DNA of 45,994 nucleotides from Gammaproteobacteria bacterium (lineage in GTDB: Bacteria > Pseudomonadota > Gammaproteobacteria > Magnimaribacterales > D2472). The notes beneath the pieces are model-generated. The model saw nothing but the letters and a program-made list of their open reading frames with translations, had not been told where the DNA came from and did no database searches. The stretch covers positions 1-45,994 of the forward strand of contig CBFHIO010000002.1 of assembly GCA_965656035.1 (NCBI GenBank). The letters run 5' to 3'. This document shows, piece after piece, positions 1-10,782 of the stretch (positions are counted from its first letter, which is position 1; each line of letters starts with the position of its first letter). Both the position numbers and the translations under genes were made by a program.

Positions 1-633
1 TATTATTCTTTCCATGACCTCAGACTTTATTTCTTCTTGTGTTAGGTCTTTATCGTGTTGTGTTGACAAGACTACAGCCGATAAGCCTTCAATAGTTTTT
101 CCATCATCAGAATAAATTACACTCACCTGGCTCTTAGCATCAGGTCTAAGCCATGAAATTTCTCCACTTTTCATTACATCAGCTTGTCTCTTTACTAGTT
201 TGTGAGATAAATCTATTGGAAGGGGCATAAGAGAATCAGTTTCTTTACATGCGTAACCAAACATTAACCCTTGGTCACCAGCGCCTTGTTCTAAGTTTTC
301 TCCTTCACCTTCAGTTACACCTTGAGAAATATCTGGTGATTGCTCGAATACGAGATTAGTAAATTCACAAGTATCGCCATTGAAACCATATTCATCATTA
401 TTGTATCCAATATCATTAATTGTTTTTCTTACAATTGGTTCAAGATCAGGACTCCCCAAAGAAGTAATTTCTCCAGCAATAAAGACCATGTTATTCTTGA
501 TCATAGTTTCACATGCAACTCTACTATTAGGATCTTCTGCTAAATAAGCATCTAATATTGCATCTGAAATTTGATCGCAGACTTTGTCTGGATGACCCCC
601 TGAAACTGATTCTGATGTAAAAATATAACTCAT
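1..633 (-). CDS. metK: S-adenosylmethionine synthetase, N-terminal 211 codons (3' end lies outside the window)
   Basis: Hand translation of the minus strand from the ATG at 633-631 gives [31 protein letters not shown]...[12 protein letters not shown]. This is the canonical MetK N-terminus and it stays open to position 1. It is absent from the ORF track because no stop lies in the window. Confidence 0.9.
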   Translation of the reverse strand, partial: MSYIFTSESVSGGHPDKVCDQISDAILDAYLAEDPNSRVACETMIKNNMVFIAGEITSLGSPDLEPIVRKTINDIGYNNDEYGFNGDTCEFTNLVFEQSPDISQGVTEGEGENLEQGAGDQGLMFGYACKETDSLMPLPIDLSHKLVKRQADVMKSGEISWLRPDAKSQVSVIYSDDGKTIEGLSAVVLSTQHDKDLTQEEIKSEVMERII

Positions 634-821
634 TTTATTCTCTCCAATTCACTAAAAGACGTTACGAAAAGTATGGTTTTTCTGACAAAAACTATGTTTA
701 AAAAAAGATAAACCGCTTACGCTTACTCAAATATATATTTTATAGTAAAAAGCTAATTTTAATCTATGAATTTAATGTTAATACTATTATTATTTGTTTA
801 ATTCTAATAGATGGGGAAAAA

Positions 822-2813
822 TTGGAACATTCCGAACCTATAAACGCTTTAAGATTTCTTTCTATAGACGCTGTTCAAAAAGCTAATTCTGGGCATCCAG
901 GAATGCCTATGGGAATGGCTGAGATAGCAACAGCATTATGGAAAAATCATTTACATCATAATCCTTTAAACCCTCATTGGTTCAACAGAGACCGCTTTGT
1001 ATTATCTAATGGTCATGGATCAATGCTTCTTTATAGCTTGTTACATTTAACTGGCTATAAGATTTCCATGGATGATCTTAAAGATTTTAGAAAACTAAAA
1101 TCTAAAACACCTGGACATCCAGAATATGACATCAATTATGGAGTAGAAACCACAACAGGCCCGCTTGGACAGGGTATTGCTAATGCGGTTGGAATGGCAA
1201 TTTCTGAGAAAATACTCGCAGCAGAGTTTAATTCTGATGACTGCACACCTATCAATCACTATACTTATGCATTCTTAGGTGATGGGTGTCTTATGGAAGG
1301 AATATCACATGAAGTTTGTTCTTTTGCTGGCACACATAATTTAGGTAAATTAATTTGTTTTTATGATCAAAACGGAATCTCAATTGATGGAGAAATAGAA
1401 AACTGGTTCACTGACGATACTGTAATGAGATTTGATAGTTATGGATGGCAAACAATTGAAGTAAATGGACATAGTGTTGAAGAAATAAATGAGGCTATTG
1501 TCTCTGCAAAAAGCGAGACTGAAAAACCAACAATGATTTTCTGTAGAACCACAATTGGTTTTGGTTCTCCTAACAAATCTGGCACTTCAGATGTTCATGG
1601 CGCTCCTCTTGGAGAAGAAGAGGTTATAAAAACAAGAGAAGCTCTAAATTGGAAATATGCACCCTTTGAATTACCTCAGTCTGTTTATGATTTTTGGGAT
1701 CAAAAATCTAAAGGAGCTCGCTTAAATGAATCCTGGAATGCTGAAATGGAAGCATATAAAAAAAGTAGCCCAGAAAAATACGAAGAACTAAATAGAAGAA
1801 TTAATTCAGATATGCCAGATGATTTTGACAAAAAATTTATGGATTTTCTTAGAAAATGTGATTCAGAAAACAGCTCAATGGCAACGAGAAAAGCGTCTCA
1901 AGTCTGTTTAGATTTTTTTGTAAAAGAGCTGCCAGAGCTTGTTGGAGGATCTGCAGACCTCACCCCATCAAATAATACTTTTAGCAAATCAAGCTCAACT
2001 TTTTCTAATCAAAATCCTTCTGGCAATCATATAAATTATGGTGTCAGAGAATTTGGTATGTCTGCAATTATGAACGGTATGGTTTTACATGGAGGAATAA
2101 AGCCATATGGAGCAACTTTTTTAGTATTCACTGATTATGCTCGGAACGCTTTAAGGCTATCTGCTTTAATGGGATTGCCAAATATTTTTGTTTATACACA
2201 TGACTCAATAGCTCTCGGCGAAGACGGTCCAACGCATCAGCCAGTTGAGCACCTTGTTACACTGAGATCCACACCAAATCTCCATAATTGGAGACCAGCA
2301 GATCTTGTTGAGACATCTATTGCTTGGAAAAATGCTGTAATTTCTGAAAGCACGCCCACGTGTCTCATTCTTAGTAGACAAAATACTAGTGCCATTACTA
2401 GAAATCAAGAGCAAGTAGAAGCAATTGAATATGGAGGATATTTAATAAAAGAGGACAAAGATGCATGCATTTCTCTAATAGCATCAGGGAGTGAGCTTCA
2501 GTTAGCATTAGATGCATCTGATGTTTTATTAAATGAGCACGGAATTAAATCTAATGTGGTTTCAATGCCTTGTCTTGATGTGTTTTTAGAACAGAACGAT
2601 GAATATCAATCTAAAGTTATTAAACCTGGATTACCGTCACTGGTTATTGAGCTTGCTCATCCAAATTCTTGGTACAAATTATTAAATAAGAACGATAAGG
2701 TTCTAGGCATTGAGTCTTTTGGTGAGTCTGCTCCTGCAAATGTTTTGCTTGAGCATTTTGGTTTCACAACAGAAAATGTTGTTGAGTTATCAAAATCACT
2801 GGTAAATGAATAA
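822..2813 (+). CDS. tkt: transketolase
   Basis: 663 aa with the SGHPGMPMGMA and GDGCLMEG (ThDP) motifs. The start is TTG; the next in-frame Met is too far downstream to keep the conserved N-terminus. Confidence 0.97.
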   Translation: MEHSEPINALRFLSIDAVQKANSGHPGMPMGMAEIATALWKNHLHHNPLNPHWFNRDRFVLSNGHGSMLLYSLLHLTGYKISMDDLKDFRKLKSKTPGHPEYDINYGVETTTGPLGQGIANAVGMAISEKILAAEFNSDDCTPINHYTYAFLGDGCLMEGISHEVCSFAGTHNLGKLICFYDQNGISIDGEIENWFTDDTVMRFDSYGWQTIEVNGHSVEEINEAIVSAKSETEKPTMIFCRTTIGFGSPNKSGTSDVHGAPLGEEEVIKTREALNWKYAPFELPQSVYDFWDQKSKGARLNESWNAEMEAYKKSSPEKYEELNRRINSDMPDDFDKKFMDFLRKCDSENSSMATRKASQVCLDFFVKELPELVGGSADLTPSNNTFSKSSSTFSNQNPSGNHINYGVREFGMSAIMNGMVLHGGIKPYGATFLVFTDYARNALRLSALMGLPNIFVYTHDSIALGEDGPTHQPVEHLVTLRSTPNLHNWRPADLVETSIAWKNAVISESTPTCLILSRQNTSAITRNQEQVEAIEYGGYLIKEDKDACISLIASGSELQLALDASDVLLNEHGIKSNVVSMPCLDVFLEQNDEYQSKVIKPGLPSLVIELAHPNSWYKLLNKNDKVLGIESFGESAPANVLLEHFGFTTENVVELSKSLVNE

Positions 2814-3951
2814 ACTATCTTCGTTAAATATAGTCGGTAAAAACCTCGTTATAAGAGTGGACATGAATGTCCCAATTAAGGATGGTGTTGTTCAAGATTC
2901 CACAAGAATAAAAGCATGTCTACCAACTATAAAATATGCTCTAACTCAAAAAGCAAAGATTTTATTAGTTAGCCATCTTGGGAGGCCTGTCGAAGGGCAT
3001 TTCGAAGAAATTTTTTCCCTAAAACCTGTTGCAAAATTTGCAACTGAAATCTTTGGCCAGGAAGTTGAGTTAATTAAATCTTTCGATGATCCAATAATTT
3101 TTAATGGTAACTCCAGTATTCAATTGCTTGAAAATATAAGGTTTTTTGATGGAGAAAAAGCAAATGCTGAAGAGCTAGGAGATAGGCTTGGAAATCTTGG
3201 AGACTTGTATGTCTTTGATGCATTTGGAACTTCTCACAGGGAGCAGGCATCGACCCATTCATCTATTATTCATGCCAACGAAGCATGCTCAGGGATTCTG
3301 TTAGAACAAGAAATCGATGCACTTACAAAGGCTCTAGATAATACTGAAAGTCCATATACTGCAATCATTGGTGGCGCAAAAGTGTCAACTAAGCTTGAAC
3401 TTATTCAGAATATTAATTCAAAAGCAGATCATGTGATTGTTGGTGGAGGGATAGCTAATACCTTTATTAAGGCTGCTGGTTATGAGGTGGGCCTTTCATT
3501 AATTGAAGAGTCTATGGTTGATATTGCCAAAGATTTACTAAGCAAAGGTAAAGTAATGCTCCCAGAAAAGGTAATTACTTCAGAAACGTTTGAAGGACAA
3601 AACATTAATCAAAGAAGCATTGAAGAGGTTGGAGTCAATGAAATGATTCTTGACCAACTTGTTAGTGAAAACATTAAAGATATAGTTCAAAGTTCAAAAA
3701 CCATTTTATGGAACGGGCCTTTAGGAGTTTTTGAAAATGACCTTTTTTCAAAAGGAACAGAAGAATTATCTATAGAAATTGCAAAGTCAGAGGGTTTTTC
3801 TGTAGCAGGAGGTGGGGAAACTCTATCCGCTATCAATAAATTTATTAACAAAGATGATGTATCATATTGTTCAACTGGTGGAGGTGCTTTTCTTGAATTT
3901 ATGGAAGGAAAAGATTTACCATCTATACAAGCTTTAAAGTCCAAAACATAA
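2806..3951 (+). CDS. pgk: phosphoglycerate kinase
   Basis: 381 aa with the VRVDMNVP N-terminal motif. It overlaps tkt by 8 nt, and tkt-pgk-fba is a conserved order. Confidence 0.97.
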   Translation: MNKLSSLNIVGKNLVIRVDMNVPIKDGVVQDSTRIKACLPTIKYALTQKAKILLVSHLGRPVEGHFEEIFSLKPVAKFATEIFGQEVELIKSFDDPIIFNGNSSIQLLENIRFFDGEKANAEELGDRLGNLGDLYVFDAFGTSHREQASTHSSIIHANEACSGILLEQEIDALTKALDNTESPYTAIIGGAKVSTKLELIQNINSKADHVIVGGGIANTFIKAAGYEVGLSLIEESMVDIAKDLLSKGKVMLPEKVITSETFEGQNINQRSIEEVGVNEMILDQLVSENIKDIVQSSKTILWNGPLGVFENDLFSKGTEELSIEIAKSEGFSVAGGGETLSAINKFINKDDVSYCSTGGGAFLEFMEGKDLPSIQALKSKT

Positions 3952-3967
3952 CGATAGGGAGATAGTA

Positions 3968-4981
3968 ATGTCACTAAATACACTAGAAGAAATAGCATCT
4001 TATATAGTTTCAGAAGGCAAAGGCATTCTTGCAGCTGATGAAAGCAATCCAACATGCGGCAAGCGATTCGATAGTATCGGGGTTGAGTCTAATGAGGATA
4101 ACAGAAGAGATTATAGGGAAATGTTATTTAGGTCCTCTGGCATGAGAGACAACATTGGCGGAGTAATTCTTTTTGATGAAACCATCAGACAAAATGCTAA
4201 AGATGGAACCTCTCTTGTTGATATTATTTCCGATCAAGGAGCCCTTCCTGGAATTAAGGTTGACAAGGGACTTCAGCCTTTTGGTGATCTGGATGAGTCA
4301 GTGACCATTGGCTTAGATGGTTTAGATGAAAGACTAAAAGAATATTTTTCTATGGGAGCAAAATTCACTAAGTGGAGAGCCGTAATAAAAATCGGTGATG
4401 GCATGCCAACTCAAGAATGCATTGACGCTAACATGAAAGCATTGGCTGATTATGCAAAAATTGTTCAAGATCATGGAATGGTACCTATCGTTGAGCCAGA
4501 GGTGTTGATGGATGGCCCTCATTCAATTGATGAATGCTTTGCTGCGTCAGACAGGTCCCTGAAGTCACTCTTCAAACATCTCGCCGATAACAATGTAAGT
4601 ATAAAAGGAACAATATTAAAACCAAACATGGTGACATCAGGTTCAAGCTGCAATCAGCAAGCTGATATTGATGAGGTTGCAAGAAAAACATTAGATTGTT
4701 TAATTGCCAACGTTCCCTCAGAGCTTCCTGGAATTACTTTTTTATCAGGCGGCCAGTCTGATGTTTTGGCAACTGCGCATCTAGATGCCATGAATAAAAT
4801 AGGCGGGTTTCAATGGAAGTTAAGTTTTTCATATGGAAGAGCTTTGCAGGCTGCTGCACTTAAGGCTTGGGGCGGCAAGCCAGAGAATATGTTTATTTCT
4901 CAAGATGCTTTATCTCATAGAGCAAAAATGAATAAACTTGCTTCTCTTGGAGAATGGGATCAAGGGCTAGAAGACGAATAG
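3968..4981 (+). CDS. fba: fructose-bisphosphate aldolase, class I (Schiff-base type)
   Basis: 337 aa with GILAADES near the N-terminus and the ILKPNMV Schiff-base lysine motif, both typical of class I aldolases. Confidence 0.9.
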   Translation: MSLNTLEEIASYIVSEGKGILAADESNPTCGKRFDSIGVESNEDNRRDYREMLFRSSGMRDNIGGVILFDETIRQNAKDGTSLVDIISDQGALPGIKVDKGLQPFGDLDESVTIGLDGLDERLKEYFSMGAKFTKWRAVIKIGDGMPTQECIDANMKALADYAKIVQDHGMVPIVEPEVLMDGPHSIDECFAASDRSLKSLFKHLADNNVSIKGTILKPNMVTSGSSCNQQADIDEVARKTLDCLIANVPSELPGITFLSGGQSDVLATAHLDAMNKIGGFQWKLSFSYGRALQAAALKAWGGKPENMFISQDALSHRAKMNKLASLGEWDQGLEDE

Positions 4982-4984
4982 AGA

Positions 4985-5422
4985 TTGATTTCTATAGCTC
5001 AAAGGGTACTAGAAGCCAAAGTACATATTAATAATAAAGAATTTTCGTCAATTGGAAGCGGCCTATTAATTTTTATTTGTATTGAAGATTCCGATACAAA
5101 TGAATCTATATCCAAGATGTCAGAAAAGCTTCTTAACTTTAAAATGATTGATGGCTCAAAGGGTATAAACTCATACTCATTAAAAGATTCGAAAGAAGAA
5201 GTTTTGATAGTAAGCCAATTCACGCTTTCTGCGATAACTAATAAAGGAAACAAGCCAACATTTCATAAAGCTGCCAAGCCGGACAAAGCAAAACTAATGT
5301 ATGATAAGTTTGTAGATCTTTTTAAAAAAGAACATCAGCTTGTAAAAGAGGGGAAGTTTGGAGCGTCAATGAATATATCGTTGATAAATAAGGGACCAGT
5401 AACATTTAATTTTAAAACTTAA
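4985..5422 (+). CDS. dtd: D-aminoacyl-tRNA deacylase
   Basis: 145 aa with the SQFTL and NKGPVTF motifs. The start is TTG. Confidence 0.85.
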   Translation: MISIAQRVLEAKVHINNKEFSSIGSGLLIFICIEDSDTNESISKMSEKLLNFKMIDGSKGINSYSLKDSKEEVLIVSQFTLSAITNKGNKPTFHKAAKPDKAKLMYDKFVDLFKKEHQLVKEGKFGASMNISLINKGPVTFNFKT

Positions 5423-5429
5423 TTCAATT

Positions 5430-6011
5430 ATGAAAAATATTTCAGTTTTTTGTGGGGCCCATGAGGGTAACAATCCAAGATATGCTGAAGATGCAAAAAA
5501 AATTGGAGAAATTCTTGCATCAAAAGGCATCAATGTTGTTTTTGGTGGAGGAAATGTAGGTCTTATGAAGATAGTATCAGATGCAGCTCTTGACAATGGC
5601 GTGGATGCTATTGGAATTGGCTTAGAATCTTTACATAATCTTGAATTAGTCAATCCAAGACTAAAAAATCAAATAATTACAAAAACCTTACTAGACCGAA
5701 AAGGTGAATTCATGAAGAGATCAGATGCATTTATTGTGCTTCCTGGTGGCGTAGGGTCTTTAGATGAGTTAGCCGAGATAATGGCCAATAATCAGCTTGG
5801 GCTTATTAACAAACCGGTGGGACTTCTTAATACCGAGGGATATTATGACCATTTGCTGGCATGGATGAAAAAGGCAGTTGAAGAAAATTTTATAACAGAA
5901 GCAAATTTTAATGATTTAATTGTTTCCTCTTCGTGTGAAGATTTAGTAAATCTTATTATTGAAAATCAGAGGCCTGATAATGATGACTGGACAAAAAGAT
6001 TGGGTCTTTAA
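5430..6011 (+). CDS. LOG family protein (TIGR00730; nucleotide 5'-monophosphate nucleosidase / lysine-decarboxylase-like)
   Basis: 193 aa with the PGGVGSLDE signature (PGGxGTxxE) and a Rossmann-like N-terminus. Confidence 0.8.
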   Translation: MKNISVFCGAHEGNNPRYAEDAKKIGEILASKGINVVFGGGNVGLMKIVSDAALDNGVDAIGIGLESLHNLELVNPRLKNQIITKTLLDRKGEFMKRSDAFIVLPGGVGSLDELAEIMANNQLGLINKPVGLLNTEGYYDHLLAWMKKAVEENFITEANFNDLIVSSSCEDLVNLIIENQRPDNDDWTKRLGL

Positions 6012-6040
6012 TCACTAGCTGCGAAGACTCTCAATAGCTA

Positions 6041-6763
6041 TTAAATTTTATCCTTTGAAATAAGCAATCCCAGCTCAAAAAGAAGCCACATTGGGATTGC
6101 TAGAAATAACTGAGAAAAGACATCTGGTGGAGTTAGAAGCATTCCCAAAATAAAAAAAGATACAACAAGATATGGCCTTGCTTTTTTTAGCCCTTCTTTT
6201 TTTGCAATACCAGATCTTATAATTAGGTATGTAGCCACTGGCATCTCAAAGGCAATACCAAAAGCAAAAGTAACTCTTAGAATAAAATTTAAATATTGAC
6301 TTATGTCGGTCATTACAACAATAGAATCAGGAGCAGAGTTTATAAAAAAACTAAAGATAATTGGACATACAACGTAATATGCAAAAGACACACCCGCTAT
6401 AAATAAAAAAATTGTTGATGCCATTAAGGGCAGAATCAAGCCTTTTTCATTTCTATAAAGGCCTGGAGACATAAAGCACCACATCTGATAGAAGAAATAA
6501 GGCATGCTCAGTAAAAGCGCTACAAATAAGGTTAACTTTATAGGAGCCATAAATGGAGAGCTTACTCCAGTAGCAATCATTGAGCTTCCATTTGGCAAAA
6601 CAGACATCAATGGTGATGCTACAAAAGAGTATATTTCTGAAGCAAAGGGCAATCCAATAATGGTAAGAATCCCCATAAAACTTAATGTTTTGATCAGTCT
6701 AGACCTAAGCTCTATTAGATGAGACGATACTGAGCTACTATTCATCTTTCTTTTTTTGCTCAA
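6041..6763 (-). CDS. tatC: twin-arginine translocase subunit TatC
   Basis: 240 aa, polytopic, with the HLIELRSRL N-terminal motif. It sits downstream of tatA and tatB. An alternative start lies at 6745. Confidence 0.9.
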   Translation of the reverse strand: MSKKRKMNSSSVSSHLIELRSRLIKTLSFMGILTIIGLPFASEIYSFVASPLMSVLPNGSSMIATGVSSPFMAPIKLTLFVALLLSMPYFFYQMWCFMSPGLYRNEKGLILPLMASTIFLFIAGVSFAYYVVCPIIFSFFINSAPDSIVVMTDISQYLNFILRVTFAFGIAFEMPVATYLIIRSGIAKKEGLKKARPYLVVSFFILGMLLTPPDVFSQLFLAIPMWLLFELGLLISKDKI

Positions 6764-6986
6764 ATCCTTCTAATTCTTCCATCCGCATTTCATTAAAAAC
6801 ATCCTTTTTAATATCGTCAGCACCAATATCTTCTTCAAAGTTATTTTTAAATTCAGAAAACTGATTTTGGATTTTTTTATAAAATTTTAAGAGATTCTTA
6901 ACAAGCTCAGGCAGTCTCTCGGGACCAATAACCAATAATCCTATAATTAGGATAATTGCAATTTCTAAAAAACCAATCTGCAGCAA
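6738..6986 (-). CDS. tatB: twin-arginine translocase subunit TatB
   Basis: 82 aa with an N-terminal TM helix followed by the GPERLP hinge. The start is TTG and the gene lies between tatA and tatC. Confidence 0.75.
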   Translation of the reverse strand: MLQIGFLEIAIILIIGLLVIGPERLPELVKNLLKFYKKIQNQFSEFKNNFEEDIGADDIKKDVFNEMRMEELEGFEQKKKDE

Positions 6987-6989
6987 TTG

Positions 6990-7160
6990 TTAATCTTGTT
7001 TGTTGTCTTTTTTATCTTCTTCTTTTACAGCTTTTTTAAAGCTTTTAAGGCCTGAGCCAAGGTCAGATCCCAAAGTCTTCAATTTGCCACTGCCAAAAAT
7101 TAAAAGCACCACAACTAAAACTATTAGAAGTTGCCAAATACTAATTCCACCTAAGCCCAT
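6990..7160 (-). CDS. tatA: twin-arginine translocase subunit TatA (56 aa; not in the ORF track)
   Basis: Hand translation gives [56 protein letters not shown]. An AGGAG Shine-Dalgarno lies upstream, and the FG..KL hinge and position ahead of tatB and tatC fit TatA. Confidence 0.85.
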   Translation of the reverse strand: MGLGGISIWQLLIVLVVVLLIFGSGKLKTLGSDLGSGLKSFKKAVKEEDKKDNKQD

Positions 7161-7170
7161 AAAAAATCTC

Positions 7171-8652
7171 CTATGCTAGCAATAAAAAAGCACCACACCC
7201 AAGTATTATACCTATTAGAAAAAAACTTATGATGTATTTTTGTTTTTGCAGATCCATCTCCATCTTATGGATTTTTTCCTCATTCGATCTTCTGTTTTTA
7301 GAATATCCTCTAATTTCGTCAAAGGCCTCATATATAAAACTAGGCATCTCAGAGGCCTTCATTATTAATTCTTCTTTGTTCTCTAAAATATAATCTTTTA
7401 ATTTTAAAGGATTAAATTGCTCTTTTAACCAATTATCAAGGTATGGCTCAGCTATTGCCCAAAAGTCTAGCTGAGGGTATATTTGGCGACCCATTCCTTC
7501 AATATGTATAAGAGTTTTTTGAAGTAAAACCAATGATGGCTGAAGCGACAACCCAAAAGGTCTGGTGCTTTGAAAAAGATACAATAGAAGTTTACCAAAT
7601 TCAATTTCTGATAAAGGTTTTTCAAATATTGGCTCACAACAAGCTCTGAGGGTATTCTCTAGCTCTATTTGGTTTGAGTTGGGGTTAACCCATTCTGAGC
7701 TTATAAATAACTGAGCTAAAGATTTATAATTTTGTTTGATTACAGCCTGAAGCATTCTTGCAAGAACATATCTTTCATCATTAGAAAGAGAACCACTTAT
7801 TGCACAGTCGATTGCTATATATCCTGGCTTTTGAGGATTTTCTTTAGAGACAAATATGTTTCCTGGATGCATGTCCGCATGAAAAAAGTTATCGCGAAAT
7901 ACTTGGTTAAGAAAAATCATGACACCGTTTTCTGCCAATCTTTTTTTATCTATATTAAATTTTTCAATGGTCTCAATGTCTGTACAAGGTATTCCATCTA
8001 TCTCTTCTAATACCATAACCTTTGTAGTGGTTAAGTCCCAATATACCTCAGGGATATATAATTCTTCAGAGCCTGAAAAGTTTTTCCTGGTAAGGTTTGT
8101 ATTAGCAGCCTCAAGCCTTAAATCTAATTCACGTAAAATCGTATTTTCATAATCTTTTACCACCTCAATTGGTCTTATTCTATCGCTCTCAGAATAGAGA
8201 TACGTACAAACTTTTGCAGCAGACTTTAAAAGCCTGAGATTCTTCTTAACTTCTTTTTCAATATTTGGTCTTAAAACTTTTACAACGATTTTTTTACCAT
8301 CTTTAAGTTTCGCAGAATGAACTTGCGCTAGTGATGCGGCCGCCATTGGCACTTCATTGAAATCATCAAACAGATCATTAATTGAATTGCCTAGTTCTTT
8401 TTCTACAATTTTTTTAAGCTCTTTAACTGAAAAAGGCTTGCAACTATCAGTCAAACTTTGAAGTTCTTTTGCAGTGGTTATGTCTAGAATATCTGTTCTA
8501 GTAGAGAGCAATTGACCAAATTTAATAAAAATTGGCCCTAGTGACTCAAGGTATTTTGCAGCTTTTTCACCATTAGGATTGATAAAGATTTTGAACCTAA
8601 TACCTAAAGCTAACATCTTGAAGCTTTGAAGAATTATTATTAAGAAATTCAT
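7171..8652 (-). CDS. ubiB: ubiquinone biosynthesis regulatory kinase-like protein UbiB
   Basis: 493 aa with the [18 protein letters not shown] motif, an ABC1/ADCK kinase-like core and a C-terminal TM helix. The ubiE-ubiJ-ubiB-tatABC synteny supports the call. Confidence 0.9.
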   Translation of the reverse strand: MNFLIIILQSFKMLALGIRFKIFINPNGEKAAKYLESLGPIFIKFGQLLSTRTDILDITTAKELQSLTDSCKPFSVKELKKIVEKELGNSINDLFDDFNEVPMAAASLAQVHSAKLKDGKKIVVKVLRPNIEKEVKKNLRLLKSAAKVCTYLYSESDRIRPIEVVKDYENTILRELDLRLEAANTNLTRKNFSGSEELYIPEVYWDLTTTKVMVLEEIDGIPCTDIETIEKFNIDKKRLAENGVMIFLNQVFRDNFFHADMHPGNIFVSKENPQKPGYIAIDCAISGSLSNDERYVLARMLQAVIKQNYKSLAQLFISSEWVNPNSNQIELENTLRACCEPIFEKPLSEIEFGKLLLYLFQSTRPFGLSLQPSLVLLQKTLIHIEGMGRQIYPQLDFWAIAEPYLDNWLKEQFNPLKLKDYILENKEELIMKASEMPSFIYEAFDEIRGYSKNRRSNEEKIHKMEMDLQKQKYIISFFLIGIILGCGAFLLLA

Positions 8653-9173
8653 AAATTGTTAACAGCCTCAAGTCTATCAAGTCTTATAGATAGATTTCTC
8701 AACTTAGACTGAAGCTCGCCTCTTTTATTATGCTGATTTATAGTAAACAATTTTTCTTTTGCAAGATAAGCCAAAACAGCAGGTGTATTTCCAAAATACT
8801 TGTCTATTAAAAATATAATATCAATATCAGACTTTAAGATTGCATTAATCATTAAAATAGCTTTCTCATTATCACCATAGATAATTTCTTTTTTAATCTT
8901 TTTTGAAATAATTAAATCTAGCACTTCTTTTATTGAGGATCGTATTTCAAAATCTATATGTGAAGTTTTTTCAAAAGAAATGTTTTTGCTGTTTTTATCT
9001 AGGCTAAAGTAAATATTTTTGTGACCTTTTAAGGATAATAGGAAGCTTATTGGATAAATTTGTATCAGCTTATCTCGGGCAACCGGGGAGGCATTTTCAA
9101 TGTCATTTATGACGTTATTTATTATTTTCAACAAGTTATTCATCATATGCCACATGTATCGAAACAACACCAT
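8649..9173 (-). CDS. ubiJ: ubiquinone biosynthesis accessory factor UbiJ-like (SCP2 domain)
   Basis: The call rests mainly on position between ubiE and ubiB, plus size. The coordinates are the maximal ORF. The real start is probably one of the Met codons at 9155, 9146 or 9143, which would reduce or remove the overlap with ubiE. Confidence 0.55.
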   Translation of the reverse strand: MVLFRYMWHMMNNLLKIINNVINDIENASPVARDKLIQIYPISFLLSLKGHKNIYFSLDKNSKNISFEKTSHIDFEIRSSIKEVLDLIISKKIKKEIIYGDNEKAILMINAILKSDIDIIFLIDKYFGNTPAVLAYLAKEKLFTINQHNKRGELQSKLRNLSIRLDRLEAVNNL

Positions 9174-9876
9174 TTAGGAGGTTATAAAATTTACAACTAC
9201 TAAACCCGGCTTCTATTATCATTGATTTTAATGTTTCTTGATCAGGATGCATGCGAATAGACTCTGCTAGGTATTGATAGCTATCAGAGTCATTTGCAAG
9301 TATTGAACCAAGCTTAGGAAGAACTTTGAATGAATACCAGTCATAGACTTTAGAAAAAATAGGATTTAAGGGTTTAGAAAATTCTAAAACAAGAAGTCTG
9401 CCATCTTTTTTAAGACATCTTTTCATTTCTTTTAGGCCTTTCTCTTTATTAGTAAAGTTCCTCAAACCAAATCCAATTGTGATTACATCAAAAGTGTCAT
9501 CACTAAATGGGATTTCTTCTCCGCTAAGTTGACAGAAATGACAATTAGCATAGAAGCTTTCATTGATCGCTCTATCTCTGCCTTCTGAGAGCATGTCCAT
9601 GTTGATATCTGTCATGTATATCTCGGTATTAGGAAAGTCTTTGGAAATTAGCTTGGCAATATCACCAGTTCCACTTGCTATGTCTAGAACGCTGCCTTTA
9701 TCCGAGATAGCAGCCAGTTCAACGAGAATCATTTTCCATAGTCTGTGCATGCCAAAAGACATAGCATCATTCATGATGTCATAATTTTCTGCAACAGAAG
9801 AAAAAACCTCTCCCACATGGGAGCTTTTATCTTTTTCGTCCACCTCTTTGAAACCAAAATGAGTTTTTTTATTCAT
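9136..9876 (-). CDS. ubiE: demethylmenaquinone / ubiquinone C-methyltransferase UbiE
   Basis: 246 aa with THFGFKEV...VFSSVAENYDIMND and the LDIASGTGD SAM motif. Confidence 0.95.
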   Translation of the reverse strand: MNKKTHFGFKEVDEKDKSSHVGEVFSSVAENYDIMNDAMSFGMHRLWKMILVELAAISDKGSVLDIASGTGDIAKLISKDFPNTEIYMTDINMDMLSEGRDRAINESFYANCHFCQLSGEEIPFSDDTFDVITIGFGLRNFTNKEKGLKEMKRCLKKDGRLLVLEFSKPLNPIFSKVYDWYSFKVLPKLGSILANDSDSYQYLAESIRMHPDQETLKSMIIEAGFSSCKFYNLLNGVVSIHVAYDE

Positions 9877-10741
9877 CGTTCAGTATGCTATCTCTAAATT
9901 TAATGAAATTATTGTATCTACTTTGACTTAATTGACCATCATTAAGTTTTTTTATGATATTACAACCTTTATTATTCATATGATTGCAGTCATTGAACTC
10001 GCACTCTTTTGAATATTCATATATCTCTTTAAAACCATGAATAATTTGATCTGTTTTCCATCCAGATATTGGGAGGTCTCTCACCCCTGGAGAGTCAATA
10101 ATTTGAGTGCTTACATCAACCTGATATAAGGTAGATATAGATGTCGTATGCACCCCTTGGTTATTTGAGAGCATGTTTGTTTTGATCTTCTTGCTTGTAA
10201 TTAATGATGTGAGAGTTGATTTTCCTGCACCAGAGTTGCCAACAAATAGAGCACATTTATGTTTCAAATAGTTCTTAAGAGGATCTAGGCCTATGTTTTC
10301 CTTTGCTGAAATACTAAAGGTTTGAATGCCAAGGCTTTTATATAGATTTATCTGCTTTAAATAAGCATCATCATGATTAAGATCTGATTTATTACAAATA
10401 ATAAAAGGCTCTATACCAGATAGTAATGAAGTTAAAATCCATTTATCAATAAACTCAGCAGTAGTTTTGGGTTTTGGCGTTACTAATATACCAACGTGGC
10501 TAAGGTTGGCAGCTATATTCTTGTATTTTATTCCATCCTTTTTTTGCAAAAGCGATTTCCTATCTTCTCTAGATAGTATGATTCCCTTAATCTCTTTGCT
10601 ATCTTGTAATATTTCAATTTTAACTATATCCCCAACAATAATGTCTTTAATTCCAATACACGGGATGTCTTTTTTGTCTGTACGAACCAAACAGCTATTG
10701 GAATAAAATTCTATTACTAACCCAGTTTGAACTTTTTGCAT
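9869..10741 (-). CDS. rsgA: ribosome small-subunit-dependent GTPase A
   Basis: It has the GNSGAGKSTL P-loop and a C-terminal Cys/His zinc cluster (CEFNDCNHMNNKGC). I prefer the ATG at 10741; the ORF-track start at 10759 adds 6 aa. It is divergent from orn, as in E. coli. Confidence 0.9.
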   Translation of the reverse strand: MQKVQTGLVIEFYSNSCLVRTDKKDIPCIGIKDIIVGDIVKIEILQDSKEIKGIILSREDRKSLLQKKDGIKYKNIAANLSHVGILVTPKPKTTAEFIDKWILTSLLSGIEPFIICNKSDLNHDDAYLKQINLYKSLGIQTFSISAKENIGLDPLKNYLKHKCALFVGNSGAGKSTLTSLITSKKIKTNMLSNNQGVHTTSISTLYQVDVSTQIIDSPGVRDLPISGWKTDQIIHGFKEIYEYSKECEFNDCNHMNNKGCNIIKKLNDGQLSQSRYNNFIKFRDSILNDE

Positions 10742-10782
10742 AATAAGCACAAAATACACTAAAGGAAGAAATATAAAAAGTT

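Noticed and set aside
340-543. 67-aa plus-strand ORF from the track
   Set aside because: It lies entirely antisense within the clearly homologous metK coding region. It is a low-complexity shadow ORF with no recognisable motif.
634-821. Possible SAM riboswitch or other leader in the metK 5' UTR / divergent metK-tkt promoter region
   Set aside because: I read the minus strand for SAM-II/SAM-V-like elements (a U-rich strand plus AAAGCU pseudoknot) and for stable GC helices. I found only very weak pairings (GGUUU with AAACC around a long loop). Nothing rises above what AT-rich promoter DNA gives by chance.
3687-4055. 122-aa minus-strand ORF, and similar 60-120 aa antisense ORFs (for example 40184-40522, 45000-45368, 31066-31368, 19177-19443)
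   Set aside because: All are nested antisense within strongly supported conserved genes (pgk/fba, acs, hemL, priA, fadB-like) and lack motifs. I treat them as shadow ORFs.
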